The notes beneath the pieces were generated by a model that had not been told where the DNA came from, searched no databases, and saw only the letters and a list, made by a program, of their open reading frames with translations. A DNA stretch of 64,000 nucleotides, taken from positions 62,001-126,000 of the forward strand of contig BCGN01000011.1 of NCBI GenBank assembly GCA_001599295.1. Direction: 5' to 3'. The position numbers were made by a program, and so were the translations under genes. The stretch comes from Sporopachydermia quercuum (Eukaryota). Below are positions 22,657 to 35,583 of the stretch, piece after piece (position 1 is the stretch's first letter; the number at the start of each line of letters is the position of its first letter).

Positions 22657-24090
22657 TCTCGTCTATTGCCACCCTCTCAACGTGTTTCTANTTTTCTACC
22701 TCTTGCCGCTATTATTTCAATCAATAGATTTATAGATCAATGAATTACTCACTACCTACTATGCACCCTACACTCACCATACATTCCATTCCTTGTTATT
22801 ATCGTGTATTCTTCAATACAATTCAACAAAAAAACTCCGTACAGTCCCAACTACTAAATGATTGAGAAAATGGGCTTGCGGAACATTAGACTGGCATAAA
22901 ATCGACGGTATAAACAATAATTTCATCCGATAATTCAGTGGGTGATTCTTTCCCTGGAGCAGAAAACAGGTTCAAAATCCTGATTTGGTTTTTTTGTGGT
23001 TTTCCATGTATGTGGCAGAATGCTGACGGTGGAGTGGATGATATGTGATTATGTAATCTGATATTCAGAGATGTCACATAATTCTAACTGATTATGTAAT
23101 CTGAAAAGAGCAGGACGAGGAAGCGGAAGGAAACAGGAGAAGCAAATGAAAGAAGAGAATATTGGATAAGTTTATAGAACAGGGGTAATTTTGTTAGGGA
23201 ATGAGTGGTAAGAATTTTTCCCGTTATTTCTATAATAGTTGGAGAGTACACTTGTTTAATGGTTAGTTGTAGGTGATTCAATGCATGAAGTNCATGTCGG
23301 CATATATATGTTGTTAGAATTAGGAGATGATATAAGACTATTATCTCCGAAATATTTGAATTGTAATCACTGACAATACTGGATATGGGTGAGCAATATT
23401 CTACACTATTCATGATTAATAAGACAGCTGTCGAGAAAACAATGTTGTTCAATATTAATTCTTTCTCTCTAAATACTTGGCGTATACTTTCTGCTTCCAA
23501 ACTAAGTTTTTGGACTTATAATTATTGGCCGTTTCATAAACAGGCAGTATCCAATAGACTTCCCATAGATAGCCACGCAAGTAACAAGATGCAGGTATTT
23601 GGCTGATTGATAGCCCATAATCTAAACATAAACAACCTGAATATCAAAATTATTGATAGAAATTTATTTCTGCAAGCATGCAACTTTGAGGACTGGCAAA
23701 TATCAAATAATCCGATCAAAATATCAACTGCTGTATTTTTCCGGAAACAGTAAATACATTGTGCAGTTATTATTAAGGAAATGATAGATATTCACCTTTT
23801 TACATCATTTCCGAATGATGAATGATGAATCAAAATAAGGTAAATCCTCGGATATTCCTTCAATCATCGGAACAAGTTTCTCCTTGTGAATGTCTACTCT
23901 ACTATTTAGTTCCAATGTTTTCTATACTAAAACTAGTTATTCCACCTAAGTTAGTTTACTTACCTCTATACATCTTCTGTTCTACATTCGTGATTCACTC
24001 ATTTAGACAATAAGCAAGAGCCATAATTCCTTATTCAATCAACTATATCAATAAAATCAAATAAATACAATATTCTCAAAATCCTTTTAG

Positions 24091-25368
24091 TTACCATGCC
24101 AATCCTTCAGGCTGTGACGTACCACAACTAACGCCTTCACAAATATATTCAAGCTCATTCGCACTCTCTGACTTTCTACCCTGAACACTGGCAGGGTTAA
24201 TTTGAGTGCCAGCTTTTACTTCTTGGTCATAATGTTTCTTAACAAACTCCTTGACAACTTCTTGATAGTATAAGACACCTCTTTCTTTTGAAGGGTGTAA
24301 AAAACCTGTTTCGTAAATACCGTTGTTAAGGTTCTTTTGAGTAGCTTCGCATAAATCAAAATCTTCAATCTCAACCTGTTTCAAGAAATCAACAAACTCA
24401 GTGATGGTCTGTTCATCAATTCCTTTTTTTCTATACACATCGTAGCTCAGAATTGTATGAGAAGCAGAAATTGGAAGCACCTTAATGAAATACCATGCTG
24501 GTGAGTAGCAATTTACACCATTATTAGGGAATAAGTAAACCCATAATCCATCGTTTTCACCACCAGGGTTAACACCATTTTCAAACTTCTTCTTGATCTT
24601 TGTAGCTTTGGTTTCATCAGTCTCATTTTCAGGTCTTGCCAATTCACAGTAATGTCTGCAGTATCTTTGCTTTGGTACCACTTGATAAGTGTTCATTTTG
24701 AAAGATTTTGATAATCCAGGATGGGTTGTAGGACAATGGTAGCATTCTTGGTAACCATCCATAAGAGTTTTCCAGTTGAATTGACCATCAAGCTCAAAAG
24801 ATAGATGGTATTCGTAGTCTTCGAAATCAAAGTCTTTTAATTCATCTTCCAAACCAGGGTAGAAATCTTCAAATGGAACNGGTCCTTCAGGTCTTTGGTC
24901 AAAATTGACAAAAATGTGACCTGATGGTGTAACGTGAGTATGGATTTGGAATAATCCGTTTTCAGATTTATCAAAACCGTGGACACCTTCAAAACTTGGG
25001 GCTTTGGTCAATTCACCATCAGTATTGTATGACCATCCATGATACTTGCATCCTAAAATTGTAGATGACCCTTTCTCTTTTCTGACGACAGGAAAAGCAC
25101 GATGACGGCAGACATTATGGAAAGCTTTGATTTCTCCCTTCTTATTCAAAATGATGAAAAAAGGTAATCCACAGTTGTTGAACATCTTATAATCACCAGG
25201 TTTTTTGAAATTAGAGATATGGGTTTGAAATAACCAGGACTGGAAAAAGATTGCCCTTTTCTCTAAATCCAAAATTTGTTCAGATGTCCACCAGGAAGCT
25301 GGCAATGTATGTTCACCAACCAATGTTTCCTTCGAAGCATCAATGGGAGCCGGTCCATAAGTAGCCAT
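24091..25368 (-). CDS. Rieske non-heme iron oxygenase, choline monooxygenase-like
   Basis: First ATG at 25368. Rieske ligands CRHRA...CKYHGW; mononuclear Fe site NWK..DGYQECYHCPTTH; EDFDLCE. Resembles yeast CMO1-type proteins; substrate not shown by sequence. Confidence 0.88.
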   Translation of the reverse strand: MATYGPAPIDASKETLVGEHTLPASWWTSEQILDLEKRAIFFQSWLFQTHISNFKKPGDYKMFNNCGLPFFIILNKKGEIKAFHNVCRHRAFPVVRKEKGSSTILGCKYHGWSYNTDGELTKAPSFEGVHGFDKSENGLFQIHTHVTPSGHIFVNFDQRPEGXVPFEDFYPGLEDELKDFDFEDYEYHLSFELDGQFNWKTLMDGYQECYHCPTTHPGLSKSFKMNTYQVVPKQRYCRHYCELARPENETDETKATKIKKKFENGVNPGGENDGLWVYLFPNNGVNCYSPAWYFIKVLPISASHTILSYDVYRKKGIDEQTITEFVDFLKQVEIEDFDLCEATQKNLNNGIYETGFLHPSKERGVLYYQEVVKEFVKKHYDQEVKAGTQINPASVQGRKSESANELEYICEGVSCGTSQPEGLAW

Positions 25369-25586
25369 GATGAATATATGTTTGATAACTTGATTGAATA
25401 CGAGCCAGTTACTGAAGTAGAGAAAAGCTGTCAAACGTGAAACAGGAGTTAACGTGAAATAGTTCTTATACACTTCAAATCTTGCTATTTGATACTTTTT
25501 GGTTNTTCTATAGTTTTTTCAATTATAAGAGTCTTTGAATGATGCTCTATTGAATGATGCTNTATTCAAATCAGGCAAACAGGTCA

Positions 25587-26657
25587 TTTATATATTAGTC
25601 GAAATGCATCAAGACTCATCGTCAACAACAGAAAAGCTTGTTTTCATGAAATTTTTTCAGTTACCAATCCCATAATCTAGAACAAACTTTCAATTAAAAA
25701 AGCCTAGTAGTTTTTTTAGCATCTGGGGAAATCTCTACTAAATTTAGTCTTACATTCATTCTCTTATCACGATTTATTACCTTTTATTGATATACATAGT
25801 TCATAGATTAACTAGATTTGGATTAAAGTTTGGAATTAGTTTGAAGTTAAATCCAAAAAGGTAAATCAGTGCACTTATAGGCTTATCGGTGGCATTAATA
25901 TCGAATAAGATTTATGTGGGATATATAATTAACTTTGATAATTATTTAGCCACGTTTAACGTGTGCAATATTGGTGATGCTCGTGGTGGTGGTGAAGGTA
26001 ATAGGTACTGGTAGAACGGTGAAATGAGGGTTGACAGTTGATTGAATTGTATGGATGATTGGGAGAGATCAATTGATGCTTAAACATGAGAGTAGTAGTA
26101 TAGTATTGCCAGTAATTAGACTATAATAGAGTGTTCTAGGGTGTCAAGCGAGCGATAGTGTTTTTATAATGGTAATCAACTTTAGCAGTGATAGCAAACA
26201 ATAAACTCAACTAGTACCAAAAGCGTGTAAAAGGATATTTTGAGAATATCTAGGGTTCTAGCATACTATCAACATGAACCACTATTGGCACAGATTTCCT
26301 TCCTAGAATATGTATCATTCATTTAACAGTCTATCTGTTGCTAAATTCATACAACAAACCCTAGCTAGTGCTTATACTTCATTTTTCAGATCAGTCGATT
26401 GGCTGATTTAATAACAATGCCATGAATATATTCTACTCCGCTCAGCAATGGAATAATACAAATCGTCTGCTTAACTCCTTCATTGGATTCGGATAAACTT
26501 CTTATCTGACGGCTTATCGCATGGAAGAACAGTCTCATTACGGTAATTTTTGTGATAAAGTTAAAGTGCTAGTCAAACTTAATGTTTTCTCTTTTAACAT
26601 GTATTAGCCNAATATTTATGCATGGTAAGTCAATAAATATCTATCTCTGTTCTTATC
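25587..26657 (-). promoter_or_regulatory. TATA box and GATAAG cluster upstream of the Rieske oxygenase
   Basis: TATATAAA on the minus strand at 25587-25594; CTTATC at 25763, 25882, 26501, 26513 and 26652, all in one orientation. Confidence 0.55.
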
Positions 26658-26794
26658 CTTATATGATAAATAATATAATTAAATATAATGGTAAGAATGT
26701 AATATTAATATTAAATATTATTAATAAGTATATATACTGATATGTGCTTGTCTGAGTTCTATGCCATTCACATGGCCCATGATAAATAAGACAT

Positions 26795-26820
26795 TCTAAA
26801 TCTGTCNNGACAGATTTAGA
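26795..26820. repeat. 12-bp inverted repeat with NN at the centre
   Basis: tctaaatctgtc-nn-gacagatttaga. Confidence 0.9.
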
Positions 26821-27481
26821 GTAGATAAAAATAACTATTAACCGAATCTTTAAAGTATAATACTTAAAAGGAAGGAGAAAGGAAGGAGAAAAACTGGTAC
26901 AAAGTTAGTCATCATCATGGGAAAATTTTGTTGCTACATGGAGATAAATTCCATCGAACTGTATTTGAAAATTATCCTAAACGTGCATTGAATACAAATG
27001 TTGTTGAATGACCTATGGGTGGTTGAACCAATTTAAGTAATGAATGTTACTTATTGACATAACAGTATTGCAGTACTGGACATAATTATAATATGTAGGC
27101 GATATATAGATAATAGGCAAAAGACTCCATTCCTCATATAAATAGGTAAGGCTCAATACGGTGAAGGGTGAAAAATGAAACTTGAAAAAGTTTGCTCCTT
27201 ATCCATTTTTCATCATCAACGAATCATGGATTAATGTGAGTTAACTTGTGTCAACAGTAATTGTCAGTTTATGAATCAGTAGGTATACTGGTTTAGTTTG
27301 TTGAGCTCATCCTATACTAAAGCTTTGATAATATGATCAGTAAGCTATCTTTCATCCTAACTATCATAACANAATCGAATTATTACCTTCAAATAGCTGT
27401 TTGTCTTACAGATATATGCATATATCTTTCATTTCGTACAGATGCTCGATCAACTGACCGTTTCTTATTTATATTCCTTTC

Positions 27482-28770
27482 CTATAAATCCTCTTTCATT
27501 CTATTCGAATTTTTACCTTTTTTAGTACCAATTACCACATACTCTATAAACAAATCACCATACTCATCATTCTCACCATGGATTGGCATTCCATGTTTCT
27601 TTATTATTTCCACTTCTCCATTATTAATGATTTCTCCTGCTTTTCTTGATAGTGTAATATTGTTATGACCATCGAGGAATGGAATATCATGTGACCAATC
27701 TCCATTCATTGCTTCATCATCAGAAATAACTTCTGTTCGGAATAAGTTATCTCCTTTCCTTCTATAACCCAAGTTACCAGTCTTAGCTTCTCTAATAGCC
27801 AAATGGAAATTCCCAGGTTGCCAATCAGGACTTTGATGTGACTCGCCTTCATAAATTAACTTCATATCTCTCTCATAGCCAGCATTCACCAGTACATAAA
27901 ATTTAACTGATTCCATTACAACTTTTTTCCCAGAGCATTTCTTACACTTATGAGCTATCGTATGGCCTGTTCCTCCACAAGACCCACATCTCGTTTGGAA
28001 TTTCTGAATCATCCCTGGTCCTACTTGATTGACTGTTACCTTGACACCTCTACCACTACAATCTGAACATATGTGAGCTTCACCATCAGCACTACCAGTT
28101 CCTTTACAATCACTACATATCCTTTGTAATTGAACCATCACTTCAGTATCAAAACCTTTATAGAACTGTTGCAGAGTTGCATCAATGTATGCTTCTTCAT
28201 CGGGTCCTTGAGGCTTACGTCTCTGACTTGCAAATCCAGAACCACCAAAGAACTGGTTGAACATATTGCTCAAAGGATCACCACCGTTTCCTTGCTTGGA
28301 TACTAATCCTTCATGACCATATCGATCATAAATTGCTCTTTTCTCCGAATTTGATAATACTTCATATGCTTCTCCTACTTCTAGAAACTTTTGATGTGAT
28401 TCATCGTTACCACTAATTAATTCAGTTAGAAAGCTGAAGATAGATCTGAACTACACTGACTATCCAATTGAAAGTTCTACTGATTTTTACGATCCAATGC
28501 AGCCACTTAGTTAATACTTACGAATTTTTATCTGGATGATACTTTTTGCTCATTTCTCTGTATGCTTTCTTGATATCACGTTCTGAGGCACCTTTGTTTA
28601 GCCCAAGGATCTATAATGATGATAGTTATGTTAGTGAAATGTGCAAAGTCAAAAGATAGAATGCGGTGGTGGTGTCATCCAGTAAATATATATCATACTT
28701 TGTAGAAGTCCTCCTTGGCATAAGCCTCAAGTGCTAAAATCAGCAATAGCAATACTATGCATAGTTTCAT
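27482..28770 (-). CDS. SCJ1: ER-lumenal type I DnaJ co-chaperone, 3 exons (28770-28699, 28610-28522, 28412-27482)
   Basis: Signal peptide [19 protein letters not shown] domain with YHPDKN; four CxxCxGxG-type repeats; C-terminal KEDL (KDEL-like). Introns GTATGA and GTAAGT...TAG keep frame. Confidence 0.9.
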
Positions 28771-29605
28771 GATGATAATGATGATGATGATGACAATGCT
28801 TGCTGCGGTACTATGTAATAGTGTCTTGTGATTTATCTCCTCGGTTTTGGTGATGAATGATTATGTTTGTTCTTATGGTTGTTTTTTTTTGATTTATCAC
28901 TTGACTGTATAAAAACAACGNCTTTTCTATGCTATNTTGTTTATATCTTTCTCCTGCTTTCCTGTATTCTTTTAATTATCCTTAATTTAAAACCTCTATT
29001 GCTAATCCATCTCTTGCTACTGTGCTCTGCTCTATCTACCTCGAAATACACATCAACTCTGATAATCTATTCAAGCTTCTTTCGCACTTCCAAAGCTTTT
29101 AAACGATATCAATTACCTCCAGTTATTTCTATTCACTTATATGAACGAACTTCTGAAGGATTCTTTGAACCGTTTGTCATAGCAAAAAATAAACTGGCAG
29201 TTTGTTCTATCATCATCTTCTGGTGTATGGCATTACATAGAGAACTCACCATAGTAAATATACTTTGTGACTCCCCGTAAAAATTTCAACGCTTCGAAAC
29301 TTTGTTTTTTCCACGTAGCAGTTGACATGAATAAACAATTATGTGATATTTAATTGTTGAGAACGATTATATGATTATGTGATAATTAAATTAATGTAAG
29401 GATATAGGATATGGGAGGTAAACTAAGAGCTCATTTAAAAAAGGTAGAGATCGGTGAATTTAGTGATTTAACAGTATATTAATATATAGGATCCACTTTT
29501 GCTTATTCTCAATTGAAAACAAGAGTATTTAGTAAGTATAGTAGCAGATGCCTTTGCAGGTGCTATAGGCTGGATATAATACCGGAAACTATAATTCCAA
29601 ATTTT

Positions 29606-29661
29606 AAATATTTCGGAGACTCATACGACTGTTCTCACTTGTCATAATCTCCGAAATATTT
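29606..29661. promoter_or_regulatory. Inverted pair of AAATATTTCGGAGA in the SCJ1/DML1 divergent promoter
   Basis: 29606-29619 aaatatttcggaga and 29648-29661 tctccgaaatattt, 28-nt spacer; function inferred only. Confidence 0.5.
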
Positions 29662-29796
29662 TTAATTACTATGAGCAGCTTATCTTTTCTTCATTATTCC
29701 TATCATCTATTATTCAAGCAATCATGAAAGCAATTCGTTTTCACCCTGTAAACAGGCTTTGTTCCACGACCAACATCTAATAGAACTATCGCCACT

Positions 29797-31516
29797 ATGC
29801 ATGAAGTTGTGTCGATCTCATTTTCCCAGAAAGCTGGGCATCTACTAACCCAGTTTTACAACGGACAAGAGTTCCAATTTCCATATAATCATCCAGATGA
29901 CAAAAGTGAACCAAAAATCAATCAAGAGATTTTTTTTGATCGAACATTGAGTTCGGACTCAAAATATGAGAACTTCACCCCTCGGACAATGCTGTGGGAT
30001 GTTAAAGGAGGATTTGGTGCATTAGGTGTACATGAATATGATACTGTAGAGTGTGATAATTCAAATGAGCAAACATGGTAAGTAGAGACTGAAAGGTGAA
30101 TGGATTTCTAGGTGAGTGGAAATTTACATTGATTATCACCAGAAGGTGTATTACTAACACTTAATCGGTATTTATTAGGGATAAACAACCAGAAATCATA
30201 GAACGGAAACGAATACCAAAGAATGAATACCAAAAAGGTTTAGATAAGGTATGTAGCTTGAAATGTGCTGGAAACAAGCTAGAAAGAACTGTTGAACCGC
30301 GTTTTCAAAGACTAAGTGAAAGCCTCTAACTTAATTGCATCTCTAGGGAAAACCTGTTAAGCTAGACCCTAAATCGGTTAAGTTTTGGAGTGACTATTCA
30401 AGAGTCATTCATTCATCAAAATCGTTAATACAAGTTGATAGCTGGGAGTATGATCTTGATGATTTTCCTAGAACTAGAAGAGTTGGTACAAGTGGTAAAA
30501 CCCAAAGCTTTGATACCTTTAATCTTGGGGAATTAACTTGGGACGAAAAGTTTGCCTCAACTTCTGCAGCTTTGGATCATTTAGATGATACGTTCAGAGT
30601 GCTTATTGAAAAATGTGAATGTATGTCAGGTATAAATCTTTTAACTGATATTGATAGTGCTTGGGCCGGATTTTCATCAAAATTCCTAACTGCTGTTGTT
30701 GACGATTATATACCAAGAAAGACCATTGTTACATGGGGTCTCTTCAATGGCTTCTCCACTACAGAACTTAATAGTCGAAGAGCAGTATCAAGAATTCAAT
30801 CTCTAATATCCTTAATTTCAAGCTCAACTATTTTAATTCCACTTAGGTCACCATTGAGCAAAAATGCTTCAGTATTTGATTCTGCATGCCATCTGAACAG
30901 ACCTTTCACAGCATTGAATTTAAGCTTAGCAACTAATGACAGGCCTAAACAGATGTATGATATAGTAGGAAGTTTAACCAGAGGTTCCAAGAGAAATTTT
31001 GTTGCAAATATTGAAACGNTTACCGAGCGAGAAGGAGAAACAACAAAGAGTAGCTATGCTGCTGATTTTTCTGATTTGAAGAACAATCAGCCTGACAGAA
31101 ATTATTGTATATTATCAGCGTTATCACTTTATATGCCTACTAAGTATACAAAATATCTATCACAGTTTGATTTAGATGAGCAGGCAAAATCAATATTGAA
31201 TCCAGATGATTTGATTAATAATGGAACCAGAAAAGAAGACATTACCTGCTGGAAAGTTGATGCTGAATTCCCTGAAGCTGATACTATACCTACTGAGTAT
31301 CGGATATCGGGAGATGATTTGCTGGTCAGCTCTTTTCAGACAAGTAGTAAAACTAGGTCCGATTTGAAGAATATGAAAAGGTTAGCCCAGAAGCTTACCC
31401 GAGGAGATCAACGAGCTTTTCTAGAGGACGAGTTGGAAATCTTGTCGGAAGAGTATGTTCATGCCTGGGATGGAGATATGTATGGGTTTTCGGATGACGA
31501 TGATGAGTATGAATAA
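29797..31516 (+). CDS. DML1: Misato/tubulin-like protein Dml1, 3 exons (29797-30077, 30179-30248, 30347-31516)
   Basis: MHEVV...HLLTQFYNGQE, TPRTMLWDVKGGFGALG, VKFWSDYSR, EKCECMSG...DIDSAWAGF, acidic C-terminus. Both introns restore frame. Confidence 0.9.
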
Positions 31517-31545
31517 TAATATTTTATGGCAAAGGATACATGTGT

Positions 31546-32039
31546 ATTTACTTTTTCCACAGCATCTACATCATCCTTTACACTACAAACTGTCTTCACA
31601 AGTCTCATCATAAATAATTAGCGACGGTTTGTTATACTTCTCATGCGTTCCCTCCTGTTGATGGTAGGCATAATCTCTTCCTTTTCATATTTTCCCTTTC
31701 CTCTTCCCATTCCACAAGATTTCTTACTTGGTTCTATTCACTTTTGTTAACCAACGGACTATTTTATTCGTAGTGGTGCTTAGTTGACAAGCAATCCAAT
31801 GTTTAACCGCGGCCTGTCATATTGTTCATCATTTATACTTCACTCACAGCTGCGGTCAATTCTTAACTTTATGGGATAGAGTTTATGGATCTTGTCGCTA
31901 ACCAGATGAGTTGTTTGGTAAAGGTGCTAAAGACAAGAAGACTTCGTCCAAACTATGCGAAGTCGGTTACGTTATTCATGAAGGAGTGGAAACGGATATT
32001 GATGATAGTTATGCTCATGGTGAAATGAAGAAAGATTAG
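31546..32039 (+). pseudogene. ERG3: Decayed 3' half of C-5 sterol desaturase (ERG3) gene
   Basis: Collinear fragments IYFFH / LHHP / LHKSHHK*LATVCYTSHAFPPVDG / FPFLFPFHKISYLVLFTFVN / SNPMFN / [35 protein letters not shown] match the recalled Erg3 histidine-box region; several stops and frameshifts. Confidence 0.88.
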
Positions 32040-33013
32040 ATAGAACTCTTGTTTGTACTCTCGTGTGCTGCCATTTTGTATTTTATGTCGGTAGCGAGTT
32101 TTTAATACTATCTTGATTGCTATATTAGAAGTATGAACAAAAGGATATATTATGATTGTACCGCTATAAAATGTAATACGACACTGCGATAGACTACGAA
32201 TGAAATAGGGATGATAAAAAATGAAAATGAAAATGAGAGCGGAAGTGAAATTAAATGAACAAGTAATAATGATAGTACAATGCTATTCTGTGTTGAGCTG
32301 AGAAGCTCATGCATGGTTTATCTACATTGGTTTTCTTCATTGTTTTGGATTTATAGTATGTTTTATCCAGTTGTTCTTCACTATTCCATCCTTCTTTATT
32401 GTAGATTAATANTTGTTAATTTAATACATCAATGCATCAAAAATATGAATCTAATGGGTATTTTATAATAAAGTTGAGAAGAAAAAGTCCAGTAGTGAGA
32501 AGTATTTCGGAAACTATCTCAGAATATGGGAAATAATATTTGTATTACAAACTCCCTCCACACTTCAATGCGGTCTATCATTCTAACAAAACTACTTTTA
32601 ATTACTATTCAATATTACTCAGACTTACATTTTCTGTTGATATCCTCTGTATTCATACAACTTTTAAATAATTCATAGAACTTCTCGTAAGTCATCCTAT
32701 CTCTCTACAGTTCATTATCCCATAACATAACATAACTATCTTCTCCTATATTTCCTGGTTGTAAGATAACTTTTTGATGATATAATCATTTATCATGGCT
32801 ATCTACTCATTTTTCTTCCATCTCCAACAGAAAAAAATTCTTATCGTTCTCTCCAAATGGTAAACAACACATCTATCAATGATAGCAGTTTAGATTTTAC
32901 AATGACGTTTAATAAAGCACCAAATTGTCAAGACACCCTTTTATACATGCATGGTTTTCTCAACCCATTTAAAACTAATAAAAATTGTCAAATTGCATTG
33001 ATTTAACTAAACC

Positions 33014-33927
33014 ATGTCGATACTATCAACAGTAGTACCAAAGGTATGAATGGATTAATGTTTTATTGGCCGGAGTTTCCGCGTTTCGTTTGCTTTCAAA
33101 TGCAATTTTTCTTTCATTGAGGTTTTTGGNTATTATTGTATATTTTCAAAGTATTTTATCTAATATTCAGTAGAAATTCTTAGGATTCATTCCACTACAC
33201 ATTGGGGCAGAAATCGTAGTAGGAATTGGTATATTCAACAAGATCAGTGGCATCTATGGCATTTTATCTTTCTTTACAGGTAAGGAATCCGTTTCAGAAG
33301 TAAAATACGTTTTCTATGTTGTTTTACAGCTGGTGAGGANTTTTTACGATCAAGGAAACTAATATTCACTTTATAGGACATCCTATCAATGCGGCTCAAT
33401 GGTTACTTAATATATCATCGTTGATAGCATTACCATGGTTCATCTTTGCATACCGAAGTATCAGGCGATCAAATGCTTTTCAATTTCTGGTGTTCAGTTA
33501 TTTTTATATAATTGATGTGTTTATAAGTCTTATTTTCACTATATATTTCTCGTTTTATTGGTTTGATGTTGTGGAGGGATCAGACGCAACCGCCAAAAGA
33601 CCTGATCTCTCAAATTTATCGGACGAACTAAGGAGACAATCAGCAACTCCAGGACAAGAGAAAGCATTTGCAATTACCTCAACTGTGTTGTTCTTACTGG
33701 TGAGGTTTTATTTCATGTTGACAGTCTTAGGATTTGCAAGACTGCTAGTAAGAGTTAAAAGATTAAAACCATTAGCTGATGGGGTTATTGTTGGTTCTGA
33801 TGGGCATTTACATAAGATCGATGGTGATTTCACTCTCAAGGAGCATATAGGAGTGTACCTACAGTACTACTTGTTATTCTTTAATCAAAATTTGTGGTAT
33901 GGAAAGCGCCAGACACAAAGAATCTGA
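33014..33927 (+). CDS. KEI1: IPC synthase regulatory subunit Kei1, 3 exons (33014-33043, 33174-33279, 33377-33927)
   Basis: Spliced PKKFLGFIPLHIGAEIV...FNKISGIYGILSFFTGHPI...QW; later QSATPGQE and LVRFYF. Confidence 0.88.
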
Positions 33928-35402
33928 TTTATGGTTGAAGGGTTTCANGGGATATGTGGGATAGATTGTCTGTTCTGTAAAGGATGAATAATACTTAATT
34001 TGCTTCTACAGGTACGCTTCAGTAGAACCAGACCATTCACTGCTTTTATAAGTTAAGCTTACCTACATATATGAATTTCGGCGATAAGAGTTGTAGCAAT
34101 AGAGTGGAGGGTTATTGATGATTATGTTTCATGGTTACCAATAAGGAGATGTGAATAACACCTAATGAGCCTACCACGGGTATCAACCTGAGTATTTCCT
34201 GTTTTATACATTCAATTAATCATTGGAAAAAGGTATTTACCGAAAGATTTGCTTCGATGTTCTTTGGAGAGTGTAACGGCTATTACCGTTAAGACATTAT
34301 TTCATCAGCCTGTAGAAATTGGTTATTTATTCGTCACAGTTTAATGTTAAGATAAGGTTCGGCTTTGGATGCATGGAAAATGCGAGCATTTGAATAAGCT
34401 TTTTTAGTGATGATATAAACGAACAGAGTCATATAAGGTATTATCTATAGAACATCAACTCATTACGTGACATAAGTCAAATTGTAGTATTGTTCAAGGG
34501 TAGAGAAAACGAAATACAAGTATTGGTCCACTATACAAATATAAATTGTNTTGTATTAACGAAGTCAGACCAAGCAAGCATGATAGACGAAGAAGGAAGT
34601 GATTTAACATCATGAGCCCCAATAAAAATTTCCTAATACAGAAATAGACTTTCTTCATATCACTTTATTTCCAATTAAGAACTATCGTGAGAGTTTGCAG
34701 AGCATCGGATGATATGATTTAATAATTCTTGAGCAGTATGACTTATGATATCAAAGTCAGATCGAATTCCCCTTTCTATTAGATACCTGATACTGAATCT
34801 AATTGCTTCACAAAATCAATCTCATAACAGGAATATAAAAGTTGCCATGAAAAAAAAGAGACCATTTTACATCTCAAGTTTTTAACCGTAGCATCATACT
34901 GCATAATTGTAGTACATTTTTTTGTAGATGATATGAGAAATGATGAATAAAATATGTGTCAATTCAAATATTACGTAAGAAATATGCTATCTAAATTTAA
35001 AATTTTCTACCTTGTTNTTAATAGGAATAAAATTAGAGCAATTCAAAATGTATTTCATTCGAAATCACACAAGTGGTAAACGCTCCGTGAAAGGCAGAGA
35101 TCATATCGGCATGGGCCGTTCTCTAATAGATTATTTCCCAATTAGCTGTTAACTCACAGCTTTTTATGACAATAACAAATTCCTTAAATTAAAATAAAAC
35201 CCTAGAAACTCACCTAAAATTAAATACCTTTTTTGCGCTTTCATTTCCGATAATAAGATATAGAACTATACACCATAATAGCAAAAACAAAAAACAAAGT
35301 TCAACTCTTTTGCCTAAGATTAGAACTTTAAAGTCCTGTTACTCCTTTTTAGGAAATCAAACGGTACCTACCGTTTCCTTACTTCCAACTTTAATTACTT
35401 CA

Positions 35403-35438
35403 GATAAGAATTCTTATCAACCATGAAATATATATAAA
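35403..35438 (+). promoter_or_regulatory. Palindromic double GATAAG site next to a TATA box
   Basis: GATAAGAATTCTTATC at 35403-35418 is a perfect 16-bp palindrome; TATATAAA at 35431-35438, about 150 bp before the ATG. Confidence 0.6.
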
Positions 35439-35583
35439 GAGGCATGAATCCTTCATTCAACCATCAAATTTTTTATACTCTATAACAATCACTAAGCAAC
35501 AACCAGCAGAAATATTAATATTGAATCAACATTAGCGGTTTCCTCTACTATAAATTATTTATTTACTTTCTTCTCTATTCAAA

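Noticed and set aside
23084..23719. Short ORFs between SEC16 and the Rieske gene
   Set aside because: Mostly non-ATG starts, AT-rich composition, no identifiable motifs
28867..29280. 137-aa hydrophobic ORF
   Set aside because: TTG start; T-rich promoter DNA that translates to Leu/Phe/Ile
1163..33927. Sphingolipid or ER gene cluster (ISC1, KEI1, SCJ1, SEC16)
   Set aside because: Genes are far apart and interleaved with unrelated housekeeping genes
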